DNA from: Lama guanicoe
Lineage: Eukaryota
Assembly (NCBI GenBank): GCA_013239625.1
Contig: MU053934.1
Coordinates: forward strand, 8,453,352 to 8,517,351
Reading direction: 5' to 3'
Length of the DNA stretch: 64,000 bases
Part shown: one piece after another, positions 1 through 12,447 of the stretch
How positions within the stretch are numbered: position 1 is the stretch's first letter
Layout of the letters: every line of letters begins with the position of its first letter
Notes under the pieces: model-generated
Told to the model about the DNA's origin: nothing
Seen by the model: only the letters and a program-made list of their open reading frames with translations
Databases searched by the model: none
Program-made: the position numbers and the translations under genes

Positions 1-1609
1 AACAATCTCAAAAACTTCCAGTCACCTCATGGGCGGCTGGAGTTGACCATCGGTCATTGTCAGTTTGGGGAAACTGGAGCCTGGAAGAGGGAAGCACTGA
101 ACACTTCACTGGGCCCATTGGGTGAGAGGACCACAGGGCAGGGTGGGCCTCCCCACCCCTGCCTGTCCCTCTCGGGCTGGGAGACACCCCCCTCCACCAG
201 GAGAGAAAGAGCTAAATTCTCACTTAACAGCAGGAGGCTTCTGGGCCTCATTACCATGATGCAAATTAATATTTATTATGCAATTATTCATCTTTATAAT
301 TGCTAGTATTTCAAAGGGAGCATGGAGACTTTAATTAGACTACTTTGATTATTGTTAAAATGGAATGTCAGAATGAGACGTGCCCCTCTCCCCGCCGCCG
401 ACAGCCCGTGTCATGCTGCCTCAGGAAGTTTCTCAGACAGGCTCTGCTCCCTGACCCCGAGGCTGACTCGCTCTTTTGGACCATTTTTTAATCCTGATTT
501 CGGGAAACTTTCTCGGGGCATCTGAGGCGCCAAACTCAAAACTCCAGGGGCCTGGTTCCTGTAGGTGCCTTTAAGACGGGCAGCCGAGCGTCCTGGGGCA
601 GAGGGGCTGGTCCTCGTGCCCGGCAAAGGGACCAAGTGTCATAGGACTGGCTCCCGCCACCCCCACGACGGCTGTGCCCTGTGCCCACCCGCCTGGCCTC
701 GCTGTCAGTTCTCCCGAGATACTGGGCTACAGGGCTCTTCCTCACCCCGCTGGTCACCCTGGGGTTTCCTTCCCTCCCTCCCCGTCTCCTAGTCCCATTC
801 AACAAACATTTGTCAAGCCCCATTAAAATGTCTCTTGCCCTTTTAGGGGCACAAAACATTTTCAAGTATTGGACTTCTTGGTGGCAACCTTAAGAGGATC
901 AGAAGGTGGAAAACAGTTTTTAAAAGCAAGATTTGGAAAAATGAGACCTTCCAACCAGCGGCAGCAGGACCCCTGCCCTCCTCCTGCCTGTGGCCCCATC
1001 ACCAGCACCGTCTGAGCGGACCCAGGCCCTGGCCGTGCTGCTGACGTGGGAAAGAGGACAGAAGCTGCAGACCCAGCAGGAAGCAGAGGCAGGGGTCTGG
1101 GAAGACAGAGAGGCCTGAGCAGGGACGGGTCCAAGGGGCTGCTGAGGAGGAGGACTCGGGGGGAGAGGGGGGAGGGACAGAAAGGTCGACCGTAATGCCC
1201 AGATGTCCCACTTGGGTGGCTGAAATGACACCGCCAGGGCAGGTGACAAGCTCCGACTGGGATGTGCTGAGGGGCCCATGGGCCTCGTAGGGGGACGCCA
1301 GGGCCGGGTGATGGGTGTGGGTCATGGGAGGGTCCGGGCCACATGCCAGATTAGAGAGTCACCATGGCAGAGACACCGGGAGGCATGGCGAGCCCAGGAT
1401 GGCCCAGGAACGGAAGTGGCCAGGACACACCCCTGGAACACACACTGTGCAGAGGGGCAGAGAAGGGGCTGTGGGAGAGGAAGGCGAGGCCAGGCGAGGG
1501 GGCTTTGCAAACAGACTGGGAGGAAGCTTCCAGCCAGCAGAGGCGCTCAGGGTCAGGGGCACAAAGGAGGGTGTCGTGCTTGGTTTGGGCCCCCGCAGAA
1601 GCCGTTGCA

Positions 1610-1890
1610 GTCCTCACCCCCAGTGCCTGTGAACAGACTCTATTTGGAAACAGGGTCTTTGCAGACAATCAAGTTAAGATGAGGTCATTAGGGTGGGCCC
1701 CGGTGACAGCAGACACAGGGTAAACCATGTGAAGACACGGCAGGAGCTGCCCGCTGACAGCCATGGAACACCTGAGGCCCCGGAAGCGGGGAAGAGCCGG
1801 GAAGGAACCGCCCTGCCTGCCGACGCCTCGACCTGGGACTCTGGCCTCCAGATTGTGAGACAGTAAATGTCCGTCATTTAAGCGGCCCCA
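1610..1890 (+). mobile_element. MLT1 (MaLR) LTR fragment
   Basis: TATTTGGAAACAGGGTCTTTGCAGA...AAGATGAGGTCATTAGGGTGGGCCC...GGCCTCCAGATTGTGAGACAGTAAAT. Confidence 0.8.
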
Positions 1891-2689
1891 GGATACTAAT
1901 CGAGGGGTCAGGGTAGGATGCTGAGCTGGCAGGCAGTGGAGGAGGGGGTGCTGTGTACCCCCCGTGCCGCCAGGGAGGAGGGTGTCACCTCCCACCTGCC
2001 TCTGCTGCCAGGAGAGTCGACAACCTGGGGGTAGAAGGAATCAGATCAGCAGGGGACAGAGGCACTGGTGGCCCAGGATGGTGGGCTCAGCACTGCCCCC
2101 TTCCCCCATCACGGTTTCCTTCAGCCCCGCCCACACAGCACAATAGTTCACATCCAAGGGCCCCAGAATAGGAAGCCCCAGGATTCTCGTTTGCTTATTC
2201 CACAGCCCCCAAGCCAAGGTGGCCCCCACCACAGAAGCCTCCCCAGGGAGAAACCATGGGGTCAGAACCCCCTGAGAGGGAAGAGGGGCTGTCCCGGGCC
2301 AACCGGACTCTTCACTTTGGTGGAGCTGGGACACCGCCCTGGGTTGAAGCCTGGGTTCTCACACCCACCTGCTCTGTGACCGACTGCAGGTGCGACCCCT
2401 CCCCAGGGGCTCAGGGGCTCCACCTGCCAAGCGAGCATTAGAACCCCTCACCCTCCTGAGTCTAGGAGGCCAGCTCAGGCTGCCCCATGGCAGTCCCCCA
2501 GGGCTATGTCTGGATGCCCAGCCAGCAGCCCCTGCCCCATCCCGCAGGGACTCGCTGTGGGATCCACCCATCATGCCTCATTTCTCTCCCTCACCTGACC
2601 TGAGCTCACCCAGGCCAATGGCAGCTGACAACTGCACGAGGTGTTCCAAACGCTCTCATTTAACCCTCTCAAGACCTGACTGGTGGTGG

Positions 2690-2842
2690 GGTGGGGCAGG
2701 GGTAGAATGTAGCTCAGTGGTAGAGTGTGTGCTTAGCATGCATGAGGTCCTGGGTTCAATCCCCAGTACCTCCATTAAAATACATACATACATACACACA
2801 TACCTAATTACCTCCCCCCTCCAAAAAAAGGAAAAAAAAAGA
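2690..2842 (+). mobile_element. tRNA-Ala-derived SINE (camelid Vic-1 type)
   Basis: TAGCTCAGTGGTAGAG (A box), GCTTAGCATGCATGAGG, GGTTCAATCCC (B box), then (TACA)n, CCTAATTACCTCCCCCC and an A-rich tail. Confidence 0.85.
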
Positions 2843-4009
2843 ACTAATGGCGGCCCCCCACCCCTGTGGGCCCTGTGTATGTCAGTCACCACCCCCTGGA
2901 CACCCTCCCCTCTCAGAGCCCACCAGGTACAGCCTGTGCCCCATCTTCCTGGGGCTCCCACAGACAACCGGCCCCTCCCACCCAGCAGGGCCCAGCCTCT
3001 CCTCTGCCCCGTTCCTTTGCTTTGACAGAGTCAGACAAAACAAGTTCCTTTTCCATCCCTTTCCAAGGCTCCCAAACCAGCCTCCTGCCCACCTCTGCCC
3101 CGGGCAGGATTAACATGCAAGTATGGTAATCAGCAAAGCCTGGCAATTGGCATGACAATCAGAGGGCATTAAGCCCCACTCCTGAATGGCTTCCAAAAGC
3201 AGGTCCCATCCTGGTTCCCCAGAGGCCAGCAGGGAGGCCGTGGAGAGGGGTGGACCCCAAGGTCCAGACGGATGAGCTGGCCCTCATCCTGGCTGCTTCC
3301 ACTGGAAGGAGGGGAGATCCCCCAGACGCTCTCCTGTCTTCCGAGGTGCTTGCTCCGACGGCAGTTGCCCTCTGCTGCTTCCTGGAGGCCTCGCGGCGGA
3401 AGCTGGAGAGAGAAATGTGGCCGCCATCCCGCCGAGGGGCCCCCACAAGGGACTCTGTCCCCACTCACCCAGGGACCTTCCCTGAGCCTCAGCCCCCCTC
3501 CTGTCAAATGCAGACTGTATTGTGCCTCCCTTAGGAGGTTGTTTCCATCTGTCACTGACACGGTGGGGGAGAGTGAGTTCTGGAAGCAGCGGAGCCCTGC
3601 ATGAACGATGCTCCTTGACGTTCTTCCTCGCTGAGCCCCCTCTGTGGGCTGTGCTGGGCACCCACGGACAGCTGGGTGGGGTCCCATCCCCGCCCCACCC
3701 CAGGGGGCTGGACGGAGGGTGGCCAGGTCCCCTTGGAGTGAACATGACCCTGCACCTTTGCTCCCTAGCAAAAATAACAGTATCAGGTGAATCACATACA
3801 ATTGCCGCCTTTGTAGGTCAAAAATGACTGTGTTGTCAACTTCACCTAGTTCAATCTAATAACAATAATAATGAAAGTGTTTCAAGCACTTACAACATAC
3901 CAGCCATTGTTCTAAGTTCCTGACACGTGTTTGCTTGTTTAGAATTCACAGCACCCCATCCGCTGGCTCACGAGGAGGAAGTGGGTCTCCAACAAGTTTG
4001 GTAATTAAC

Positions 4010-5720
4010 GCAAGACCACACCGCTCATGTACACCGATCAGGACGACTCAGACTAGAAATAGCGACAACGCCAAACGCTGGCGAGGATGGGAAGAAACCC
4101 GACACTGCTGGTGCAAGTGTCGGGGCACAGCTGTTCTGAAAGGCAGTTTGGCAGTTTCTTAAAAACTAAAACGCCACTGCTGTACGACTCAGCACTTGCG
4201 CTCCTGGTCACTCATCTCAGAGAAATGAAAATGTATGTTCGTGCAAAAACCTGTACGTAAGTGTTCGCAGCAGCTCTATTTGCGATGGCCTCAAACAAGA
4301 ATCGGCCCAGATGTTCTTCCCGAGATGAACAATCAAACAAACGGCCCCATCCGTCCTGGGGAATTCTACTCAGCAGTAAAAGAGGAAGGAACCAGTGAAA
4401 CAGGAAATGGCTGGGAAGAATCTCTGGAAAATTATGCTGAGTGAAAAATAAGCAATCTCAAAAGTTTACATACTGTGTCACTCCATTTATACAACATTTT
4501 TGAAATGACAAAATTTGGAAATGGAGGGCAGGTCAGTAGTTGCCAGGGATGCAGGACGAAGGAGGGGGCAGGTGGGTGTGGCTGTAAAAAGGCAACCTTG
4601 GTGTATCCTTGTGACGCTAAGAACGTTCATTCTGGCCGTGGCAGTGGCCAGGCACCAACACAGGTGATGAAGTTGCACAGAACTACACACGCATACACAC
4701 ACAAATGAGTGCAAGTAAAACGGGACATCCAAGGAAGGTTGGGGTCGGGGGGCGGTATCGGTGTCTGCGTCCTCGTCCTGGTACCCCGCTCTTGTTTCAC
4801 AAAATGTTGCCATGGGAGGAAACCGGGTGTAAAGCACAGAGGAGCCCTCCGTGTTGTTGCGACTGCCTGCAAATCTACAGGGATCTCAATTTTTTAAAGT
4901 AACATTAAACAAGAAAAGATGGCTAAACCAAGGCTGCCACAGCCCAGAGGGGCCTGAGGAGACATGACAGCCACTGTGACGTTGTATCCTGGAGGGGATC
5001 CTGGAACAGAAAAAAAGACACAGGGGAAAACCAAAGGAAACTGGAGTCAAGTGTGGACTTCGCTAATGAGACTGGTATCAATGCCGGGTCAGTAAACGTG
5101 ATAAACGCTCCACACTGATGGGAGCTGCTGACAGCTGGGGGAGACTGGGTGCCAGGTGTGTGGGAACGCTCTGAACACGCTTCTTAATTTTACTGTAAAT
5201 CTAAACCAGCTCTAAAATGTAAAGCCGATTTTTCTAAGATGCCAAATGACTGCTTTTACAAAAAAGGTTTGGAAATCTCTTCTAAAGCTAAATATAATTC
5301 TACCCTCTGACCCCACAGTTCCCCTCCTAAAGTCACCACCAAAGCAATGAGGTCACATGCCCACCAAAATGCATAGAGAGGTGTATTCATAGCACCTTTT
5401 TTCCAAAAGCCGAAAACTGAAAGCAAGTCCAGTGTCCATCAATAGGAGGGGGATGAGTAATCACGGGGTATTCATGCCGCGGAACGCCACAGCAAAAGGG
5501 AGAAAAGAACTGCTCTGTTAAAGAAAAAGGTTGGCTCTTTTAAACATAACGTTGAACAAAAGAATTCAGACAGAAAAGACCGCTGCACGACTCCAGTTGC
5601 GCGAAGCAGGAGCGAGCAGCGGAGTGTGTGGGGACGGCAGCTGCGGGACATCACCTGCATCGGGAAGGTGCTGGGGGGGGGATGCAGTTTGTGTTATAGC
5701 AAAATAAGAAATGAGTGAAT
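4010..5720 (+). mobile_element. Cluster of old L1 (L1MC/L1ME-like) 3'-end fragments
   Basis: GGCAGTTTGGCAGTTTCTTAAAAACTAAA, ATTCTACTCAGCAGTAAAAAG, GGATCCTGGAACAGAAAAA, CTGTAAATCTAAA, CAGTGTCCATCAATAGGAG. Confidence 0.8.
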
Positions 5721-5755
5721 AAATGAAGATGGGTTTAGAAGGAAACTATCACACA

Positions 5756-6129
5756 CATTATGGACTGAATGTTCCTATTTCCCCCAGAATTCTTATGCTG
5801 AAACCCTTCCCCCCAATGCGATGGTTTGCAAGATGGAGGTCTTCGGGGGGTGATCAGAGTTACATGAGGTCGTGAGGGTGGGGCCCCCATGATGGGAACG
5901 GTGCACAAAGAAGAGAAAGACCAGATTTCTCTCTCCTGCCTGTGGGGACACCATGAGAAGGTGGCTTTCTGCAACCCAAGGAGGGATTCCTCACCAGAAG
6001 CCCACAGCGCTGGCGCCCTGGCCTCAGACTTCCAGCCTCCGGAAGTGCGAGAAAATAGCGGTCGGCTGTGTGAGCCTCCCTTCTGCGGGGTTTCCTTGTA
6101 GCAACCCAAGCAGTTGAAGACCTAAGGCA
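5756..6129 (+). mobile_element. MLT1A-like MaLR solo LTR
   Basis: ATGGACTGAATGTT...GAGGGTGGGGCCCCCATGATGGGA...GACTTCCAGCCTCCGGAAGTGCGAGAAAATA...CTAAGGCA. Confidence 0.8.
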
Positions 6130-6131
6130 AC

Positions 6132-6360
6132 TGTGTGAGTCCCGTCTTCCCGAGAAACAGAACCAGTAGGGAACACACGCGCGCGCGCGCGCACACACGC
6201 ACACCATGTGATATATACATGCATGCATGTATATGTCGGCCACGTGACATATATGTACATGGGCATGCGTGTGTGCCACATGCTACACATGTATGACATG
6301 TGAAGAGGAATTGCCTTGTGCTACACAGAGACTGAGAAGTCCCACCATCCACACACTGGC
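6132..6360 (-). mobile_element. MLT2-like ERVL LTR end carrying an alternating purine/pyrimidine tract
   Basis: GAGAAACAGAACCAGTAGG[RY tract]GAGGAATTG...GACTGAGAAGTCCCAC matches my recall of the MLT2 terminus. Confidence 0.6.
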
Positions 6361-7149
6361 TCCAGCCGCAAGCGTCACTGGCACTCATCTGAGGGCAGGG
6401 CCTCTTTGAACCCATGTCAGCCGTGGTGTCCCCCGGGCCAGGCTGGGAAGGGGACCCTGAGACCTGGTCCCAGGCTGGCGGCTGTGGGGCCTGGCCCGCC
6501 CTTCCGTGTCTGTGCCGTCCAAGGCACGGGGAGGGGGTCTCTCCTTCAGACTTGAACACTCTTGGACCTCCAGCCTCCCTGCCCCAGGCATGACCGCCGG
6601 TCCCCTGTGTATCACCCCAAGTCTCCCAGGGCTCCGAGCACAGCTCAGCTGCGTCCCCCACCCCAGCCCTACCTAATGGCTGGTGGGCTCACTACAGGGA
6701 GGAGGGAGAAGGCAGCCCAGGTGCAGAGGACAGTGTGGGCAAGGCCCCACATGACAGCTCGCGGGAGGAGCGGCGGGAGCTGGGCTGAAAGTGTACGGAG
6801 GTATCTGGCCAAGGGACACAGGGGCCCTGATTCCCCAGCCCGCCGACCGCGGGCACACACTCGGGCCACCTCAAAACCTTCACCACACCCACCCTGTCAC
6901 CTGGACCAAGAGATGGGAAGAGGAAGAGTGGGCAGGAGAGGTTCTGACCTCTGGTTCTAGAAACTTCCATCCCACACACACTCACCCTTCCACCTGGGAA
7001 ACAAAAACCAGGACAGGGACCATCAAGGCTCAGACTGGGAGACAGTCCTCCTGGGGGCCCTGCCCACACAGCCACTTCCTGTTCTCACAGCACCCCCCCC
7101 GCCTCTGCATCTCCCTCCTGCATCTGACCCCACCTCCACGCTCCACAGC

Positions 7150-7340
7150 CGTGCACAGGCGTGCACACACTCCGCACATACACATGCGCACACAGCACAC
7201 ATACGCACACGCACCACACAGACACACACACTATACACGCGCATGTGTTCTGTGACACTCCACACACGCCACGTACACACAGGCTGAGACACAGACACTT
7301 CCCACAGTCACACGCTCACACCCCGGATGCACACACATAC
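7150..7340. repeat. Degenerate (CA)n-rich microsatellite
   Basis: Imperfect CACACA/CGCACA array. Confidence 0.85.
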
Positions 7341-7951
7341 ACTCCCTCACCCCAGGCTTGTGGGTGCAACAGTGAGGGAGTGACGCTGAGGCTGCCCACA
7401 GCGACAACTGGAATTACGCTGCCACGACCCTGCTCTTTAAAAAGGAATGAAGGAAGCCCCGTCCCTCCAGCCAGCCTAAGGCCAGCCCCCAGGTGGCTGC
7501 ACTGCCCTCCTTCCCCGACGTCCCCGGGGAGGCCCAGAAACTGCTCTCCCCTTTCGCAGAGTCTGGCCTCTGACCCAGTGGTCCGGCCACCCCAGCCCCA
7601 GCCCCGGCTGCTGCTCCCTCAGGCCCCCGGGGAGGAGGGCCGGCCCAGTGTGAGCCCGCCGCTGTGGGCGTGAGGGCAGGAGCAGCGACAGCCACTGTGG
7701 GGTTTGCATCCTCAGGGGCTGCAGAGGGGCCAGCTAGGACCGGAGGGGGCTGCTGGGTGGGAGTGGGGTGAGGACGCAGGGGAGGGGGCCAAGGGGGCAG
7801 CTCTCTGGATGGTTTCTGAGGAGTCAGGGACTCGAACGGGCTGATGCTCCTTCAAGGGAGCCCCTCCAGCAAGTCCCTTTAAATGCTGGATTCAGTGGAA
7901 CCCCAGGCAGGGGGAGGGGACTATACAAATGTGTATCTGTGTAAATCTATA

Positions 7952-7977
7952 GTGTGTGTGTGTGTGTGTGTGTGTGT
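7952..7977. repeat. (GT)n microsatellite abutting an assembly gap
   Basis: Perfect GT repeat running into Ns. Confidence 0.95.
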
Positions 7978-8120
7978 NNNNNNNNNNNNNNNNNNNNNNN
8001 NNNNNNNNNNNNNNNNNNNNNNNNNNNNNNNNNNNNNNNNNNNNNNNNNNNNNNNNNNNNNNNNNNNNNNNNNNNNNNNNNNNNNNNNNNNNNNNNNNNN
8101 NNNNNNNNNNNNNNNNNNNN
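7978..8120. other. Assembly gap
   Basis: Run of N. Confidence 1.
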
Positions 8121-8595
8121 GTTGGGGGAGAACAGAGTTGGGGAGAGGATGGGGTTGGGGGGAGGACAGGGTGGAGGAAGACAGGGTTGGGGAGGAAGGA
8201 TGAGCTCTCGCAGAGAATCTGCTTCTCACGACCCGTTTCCTCACCCACAAGCCTAATGACATCCGGTAAACACCAAATGGCAGGAAACAGGCTTGACCCC
8301 ACCAGGCAGGGGTCAAATGGGGTTCAGGCAGGGGTCATGCAGGACCGCTGGCCCATCCTGCGGGAATGGAGGTTCCCATGACCCTCAGAGCTGCCAAGAG
8401 AGGCCCCAAGAAGCACAGCGACAGGGCAACCTGTTGTTTACAATGAAGTACATGGAAGGCGGACCCGGTGGCCCCAGGGGTCTCTGTCCTCGGCCTGACC
8501 CCCAGCTGCCCAAGTGACCCTGGCTGGCCCCAGTGACAGGCAAGCTGCGCTGCGCTGGGCCTGAGCACAAGGCCTGTTTGAGTGGTTGCTAGGAG

Positions 8596-8609
8596 GTTTC
8601 CATGGCAAC
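8596..8609. promoter_or_regulatory. RFX X-box motif
   Basis: GTTTCCATGGCAAC matches the X-box consensus GTTNCCATGGNAAC. Confidence 0.55.
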
Positions 8610-10014
8610 TAGTAGGGGCCGAGGGAAGCCCGGCAGCTTCACACATCCCCCTCCACCGGTGGGAGCTGGGCCCCAGCAGCCCTTCCTGGGATCAGCCACC
8701 CAAGAGGGGCTGGAGGTGGCTGGACCCCCAAAGACCTAACATGAAGCTGACACTCTGGGAACACCGGGTGAGCTGGAGCAGGATGGGTTGGGAGGATGCA
8801 GAGCAAACAAAAGGGAGAGGCAGCAGGAGGGGTGTGCTGAGCCCCCCAGGATGACACCTGCCCCACTGAGGGGTCACCACGTGTCAGCGCTGTGTGTCAG
8901 CTGGCCTAGCTGCCCCTTAATCTTGTGATGAAATGGCTGATTTTAATCTCCGGCCACAGATGAGGAAACAGGCTATGAGGGGTGGAGAGGTCTGACCCCA
9001 AACAGAGCTCCTCGGTTTGTCATCAGTGTGCCCAGTGCTGGCGAGGCTGGGCACCCCTTATCCTGACGGCTTGTCCTCCAGGAGTGTGCTCTGACCACCC
9101 CCACCTGATGCCAGGAGACAGAGGCACAGAGAGGCCAAGGATCTGGCCCCAAGTCACACAGCACAGTATGTAGAAGTAGGGAACTGTCAGGGCGAGGCCA
9201 CCTGGGCCTGAAACCCAAGGGACATGCTGACTTTGATGATGGGAGTGATGGAAATCCGTGTAATTAAATACCTAGGAAACAAAGCCGGGTGGTGGGGGGG
9301 CCGAATGTAAGGGAGAGAACAATCACCCGGAAACAGGCAGAGAGCTGAGCGCACCCCCAGCCCCTGGGCTACAGGAGTGCCCTGGCTGCGCCCCCCAGGG
9401 TCAGCCACAGACCATCTCTTTGCTGTCTCTAAGCAGTCCTTGAGGATGCAAGCAAAGGAAGCCTGCACCCTGTCACACAGGGAAACTGAGGCCCAGAGAG
9501 ACCAAGGGACTGGCTAAGGTCACCCAGCCTCTGAACCACAGAACTGGCCCCCAACCCAGCTCTCCTGCCTCCTGGCCCTGCAAATTTCCATGACACCCTT
9601 GTAACTTGCCCCTGGTTGTGTGCCTAGCGCCATGCCATGCAGCTGGGGATGCCCAGCCAAGTGCAGACCTGGACGGGACAGACTCTGTGAATGGGGAGGG
9701 AAGAGTGGCTGTCACCATCCCATTTGGCAGATGGGGACACTGAAGCTCAGGACAGGGCACAAGGGAGTCAGTGGAAGTGGGAGCAGCGGGGCGGATCCCA
9801 GAGCCTGGCCCCTGGGCCACACCAGACCTTGTGACCTGTGTCTCATCCCACAGCCCCTCACCAGAGGGAGGAAGAGCTCAGGAGAGGAAGAGGCAAAGAA
9901 AAGGCCCAGGGGAAGGATGGCCAGGTGGTCAAGGAAGAGCTCCTGCCACTGCCTTCCCCGCCCTTCGTCTGCAGGTGGGGGTGCCGAGGCTTCTGCTCCC
10001 TCCAAGGAGGCAAT

Positions 10015-10045
10015 GTTGCCATGGTGACCACCGTTACCTGGCAAC
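10015..10045. promoter_or_regulatory. Two adjacent RFX X-box motifs
   Basis: GTTGCCATGGTGAC (10015-10028) and GTTACCTGGCAAC (10033-10045). Confidence 0.55.
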
Positions 10046-11714
10046 TGAGCTGTGTTGTCCTGGGCACCTGCTGTCTTTCCTTTGGCTCTGAGGACAGATG
10101 TGTGTCCAGAAGCCCCCTTGTCTTGGAAAACTCACCTGTGGGGACAAGCCAGGTAGGCCGGGGCAGGAGAGGATGTGCAGAGACCCTCCTGGGCCTTCGA
10201 GAATCAGAGGTGGAAACATCTCACACGAGGCTTTCTTTTATTTTTCAAAAGTGGGAATAATTCTACAGATTTGTGGAATAATAAAAATTAACATTGTAAA
10301 AACAATTTAACAATGCAGGAAAGCATACAAACAAAAGTCAGACTCAGCATCATCTCACTTTGGTGGCATCGTCCCGGCAGCCCACTCCGCCTGCTGTACC
10401 AGAGGAAAGGTGGGCGTGTTTCTTAGAAGGGACCACGCACTGCACAGCTCAACCTGCATGGCCACTTAGCACCGCATTGGATGTGTTTCTGGGTCAGACA
10501 CTGCTCGGGTGCCTGGGGGCGACTTACTCAGAGTGCCCAGAGCTCCCACTCAGGGCCCAGGCTGGGCACTGGGCCCCCGAGATCTGGCACCTAAGGGGGG
10601 CTCACAGTCTCTGGGAAGGAAGAGCTGTGACCAGCACACCCATGACCCCAACAGAAGAAAGGGAGTGCTCCACTCCACAAGAAGGGTCAGGCTCCACAGT
10701 GTCAGGTTCAAAGGGAAGAGAAAGCATGTACCTCCTGGAAATCCTGGCAGGCTTCCTGTAAGAGGCCCCTTTGGGGGCTGAGATTAGTATGATGAAAGGG
10801 ATCATGAGTTGGAAATAAAGTGAGAAAAGAAGAAGGAAACGCAAGGAAGAAAACACTGCATGGGCAGAGGCATGAAAGTAAGAGGCACAGGGCGCCCGGA
10901 CCAGCCCTTCTCAGGGAGGCTGGAGGAAGGGGATCAGGAGGGTTTGGGATGGGAGGCCAGGAAGGAGGGGAGGACAGGACAGGAGGAGGGAGGGGGGAGG
11001 GAAGACGGAAGAGGAACTGGGACAGCTGACGTGTACTGGATTCACTGCCTACTGAAACCACCACTCACACAGGAGCCATGCCGGCCCATTTTACAGGACG
11101 GCAAACTGAGGATCTGAGAATTGGGTAAAACTTTCAAAAGACAATGGCCAATGAGTGGTGGCACCCCAGTAGTGTCACCCTCTCTGACTTGAGTCACCAA
11201 AGCCCACTCTGGCTACTAGCTCAGGGCTGCCCTGTCCCCCCAACCCCATTTGTCTCAGAAATACGGCTACTGGGGCCCCAGGCAGGCTGCTCTCTCTGGG
11301 CTGAGTGTGCTCGGCAGCCTGGGACCTCTGGGACCTATCTTGGAAACAGCTGCTTTGTGTCAGGGCCCGTGCTGACCACCTGATTCCCAGGACACATCTG
11401 ACATCATGGGCCTGCCCCTCGGAGGTGGCTTTACAGGCCAGGAGGTGGTCCCGGGAGGCCTTCAGTGAGCGAGACGCCTGAGCCATCCTGCAGCCCGGAG
11501 AACTGACTCCATCACAGGCGTGAACCCTGGACGGCCGGCCTCCCTCCTCTGCTTCAGTTTACATGAACTTCTAGGTTTAACCCATTTAAATGAGCACATA
11601 GTACACTCCAGACCCTGGTGTGCTCTGTTCTCTTCAAAGAAGGGTTTCCAGGACCTCCCCTCCTCCTGCCCCCAGATAACTCCCCGTGCCCTGCCCTGGG
11701 CTCTGCACACACAC

Positions 11715-12012
11715 CCTGCTGGGGCCTAAATCCCATGGCAAACGTCATTGTAGGAGGAAAGGACACAGAGGAGGAGACCCCGCAAAGATGGAGGCAGAGA
11801 CTGAGGGGCGCGGCCACGAGCCCCAGAGCGCCCGAGGCTCCCAGGAGCTGGAAGGGCCAGGAAGGACCCTCCCTGGAGCCTTCAGAGGCCATGGGCCCTG
11901 ATGACACCTTGATTTTGGACTTCTGACCTCCAAACCCTGAGAGGATGAATTTCTAGTGTTTTAAGCCACCGATTTTGTGGCAATTTGTCTCGGCAGCCCC
12001 AGCACACTGACA
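11715..12012 (+). mobile_element. MLT1C-like MaLR LTR (3' part)
   Basis: AAGATGGAGGCAGAGACTG...GACACCTTGATTTTGGACTTCTGACCTCCA...GTGTTTTAAGCCACC. Confidence 0.8.
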
Positions 12013-12428
12013 CGGCACCTCCCCAAGTCCTGTCCCTGGGAATAGCGGGAAGAGGACAGGGTTGGTGAGGGCGGGAAGGAGGGTGCGGCCCAGCCTAGTC
12101 GGCAGGGGGACAAGCAGGGCCCGATCCACTCTGGAATGAACGCTCCGGTGCCTGGCCCCTCCCACACAGCCGCCACCAGGTGACCCGCCAGCATCCCCAG
12201 CTCATCCCAAGGTGTTCCCCTGACGTCCTGGCCCGTGGGAACCACAAACGAGCTGGATTAGATGCCTCCAAGGACCCACTCAAGCCTGGCCGCACTCGGC
12301 CAAGCTTTGGGGAGAGTGGAGGCCCAGGGAGGGTGGGGGCCCAGAGGGAGGTGGGGGCTCTGAGGGGCCCTGCCCAGAGCTGCCGCCTGGAGCCTGATTT
12401 CAAGGCTCCCAGCCCTCCAGTGGGGCAG

Positions 12429-12447
12429 TGGCGCCCCCTGCTGGCCA
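12429..12447 (-). promoter_or_regulatory. CTCF binding motif (near-consensus)
   Basis: Reverse complement reads TGGCCAGCAGGGGGCGCCA. Confidence 0.7.

Noticed and set aside
2701..2775. Apparent tRNA-Ala(AGC) gene
   Set aside because: Acceptor stem is disrupted and it carries the SINE tail shared with the 53491 copy; it is a SINE.
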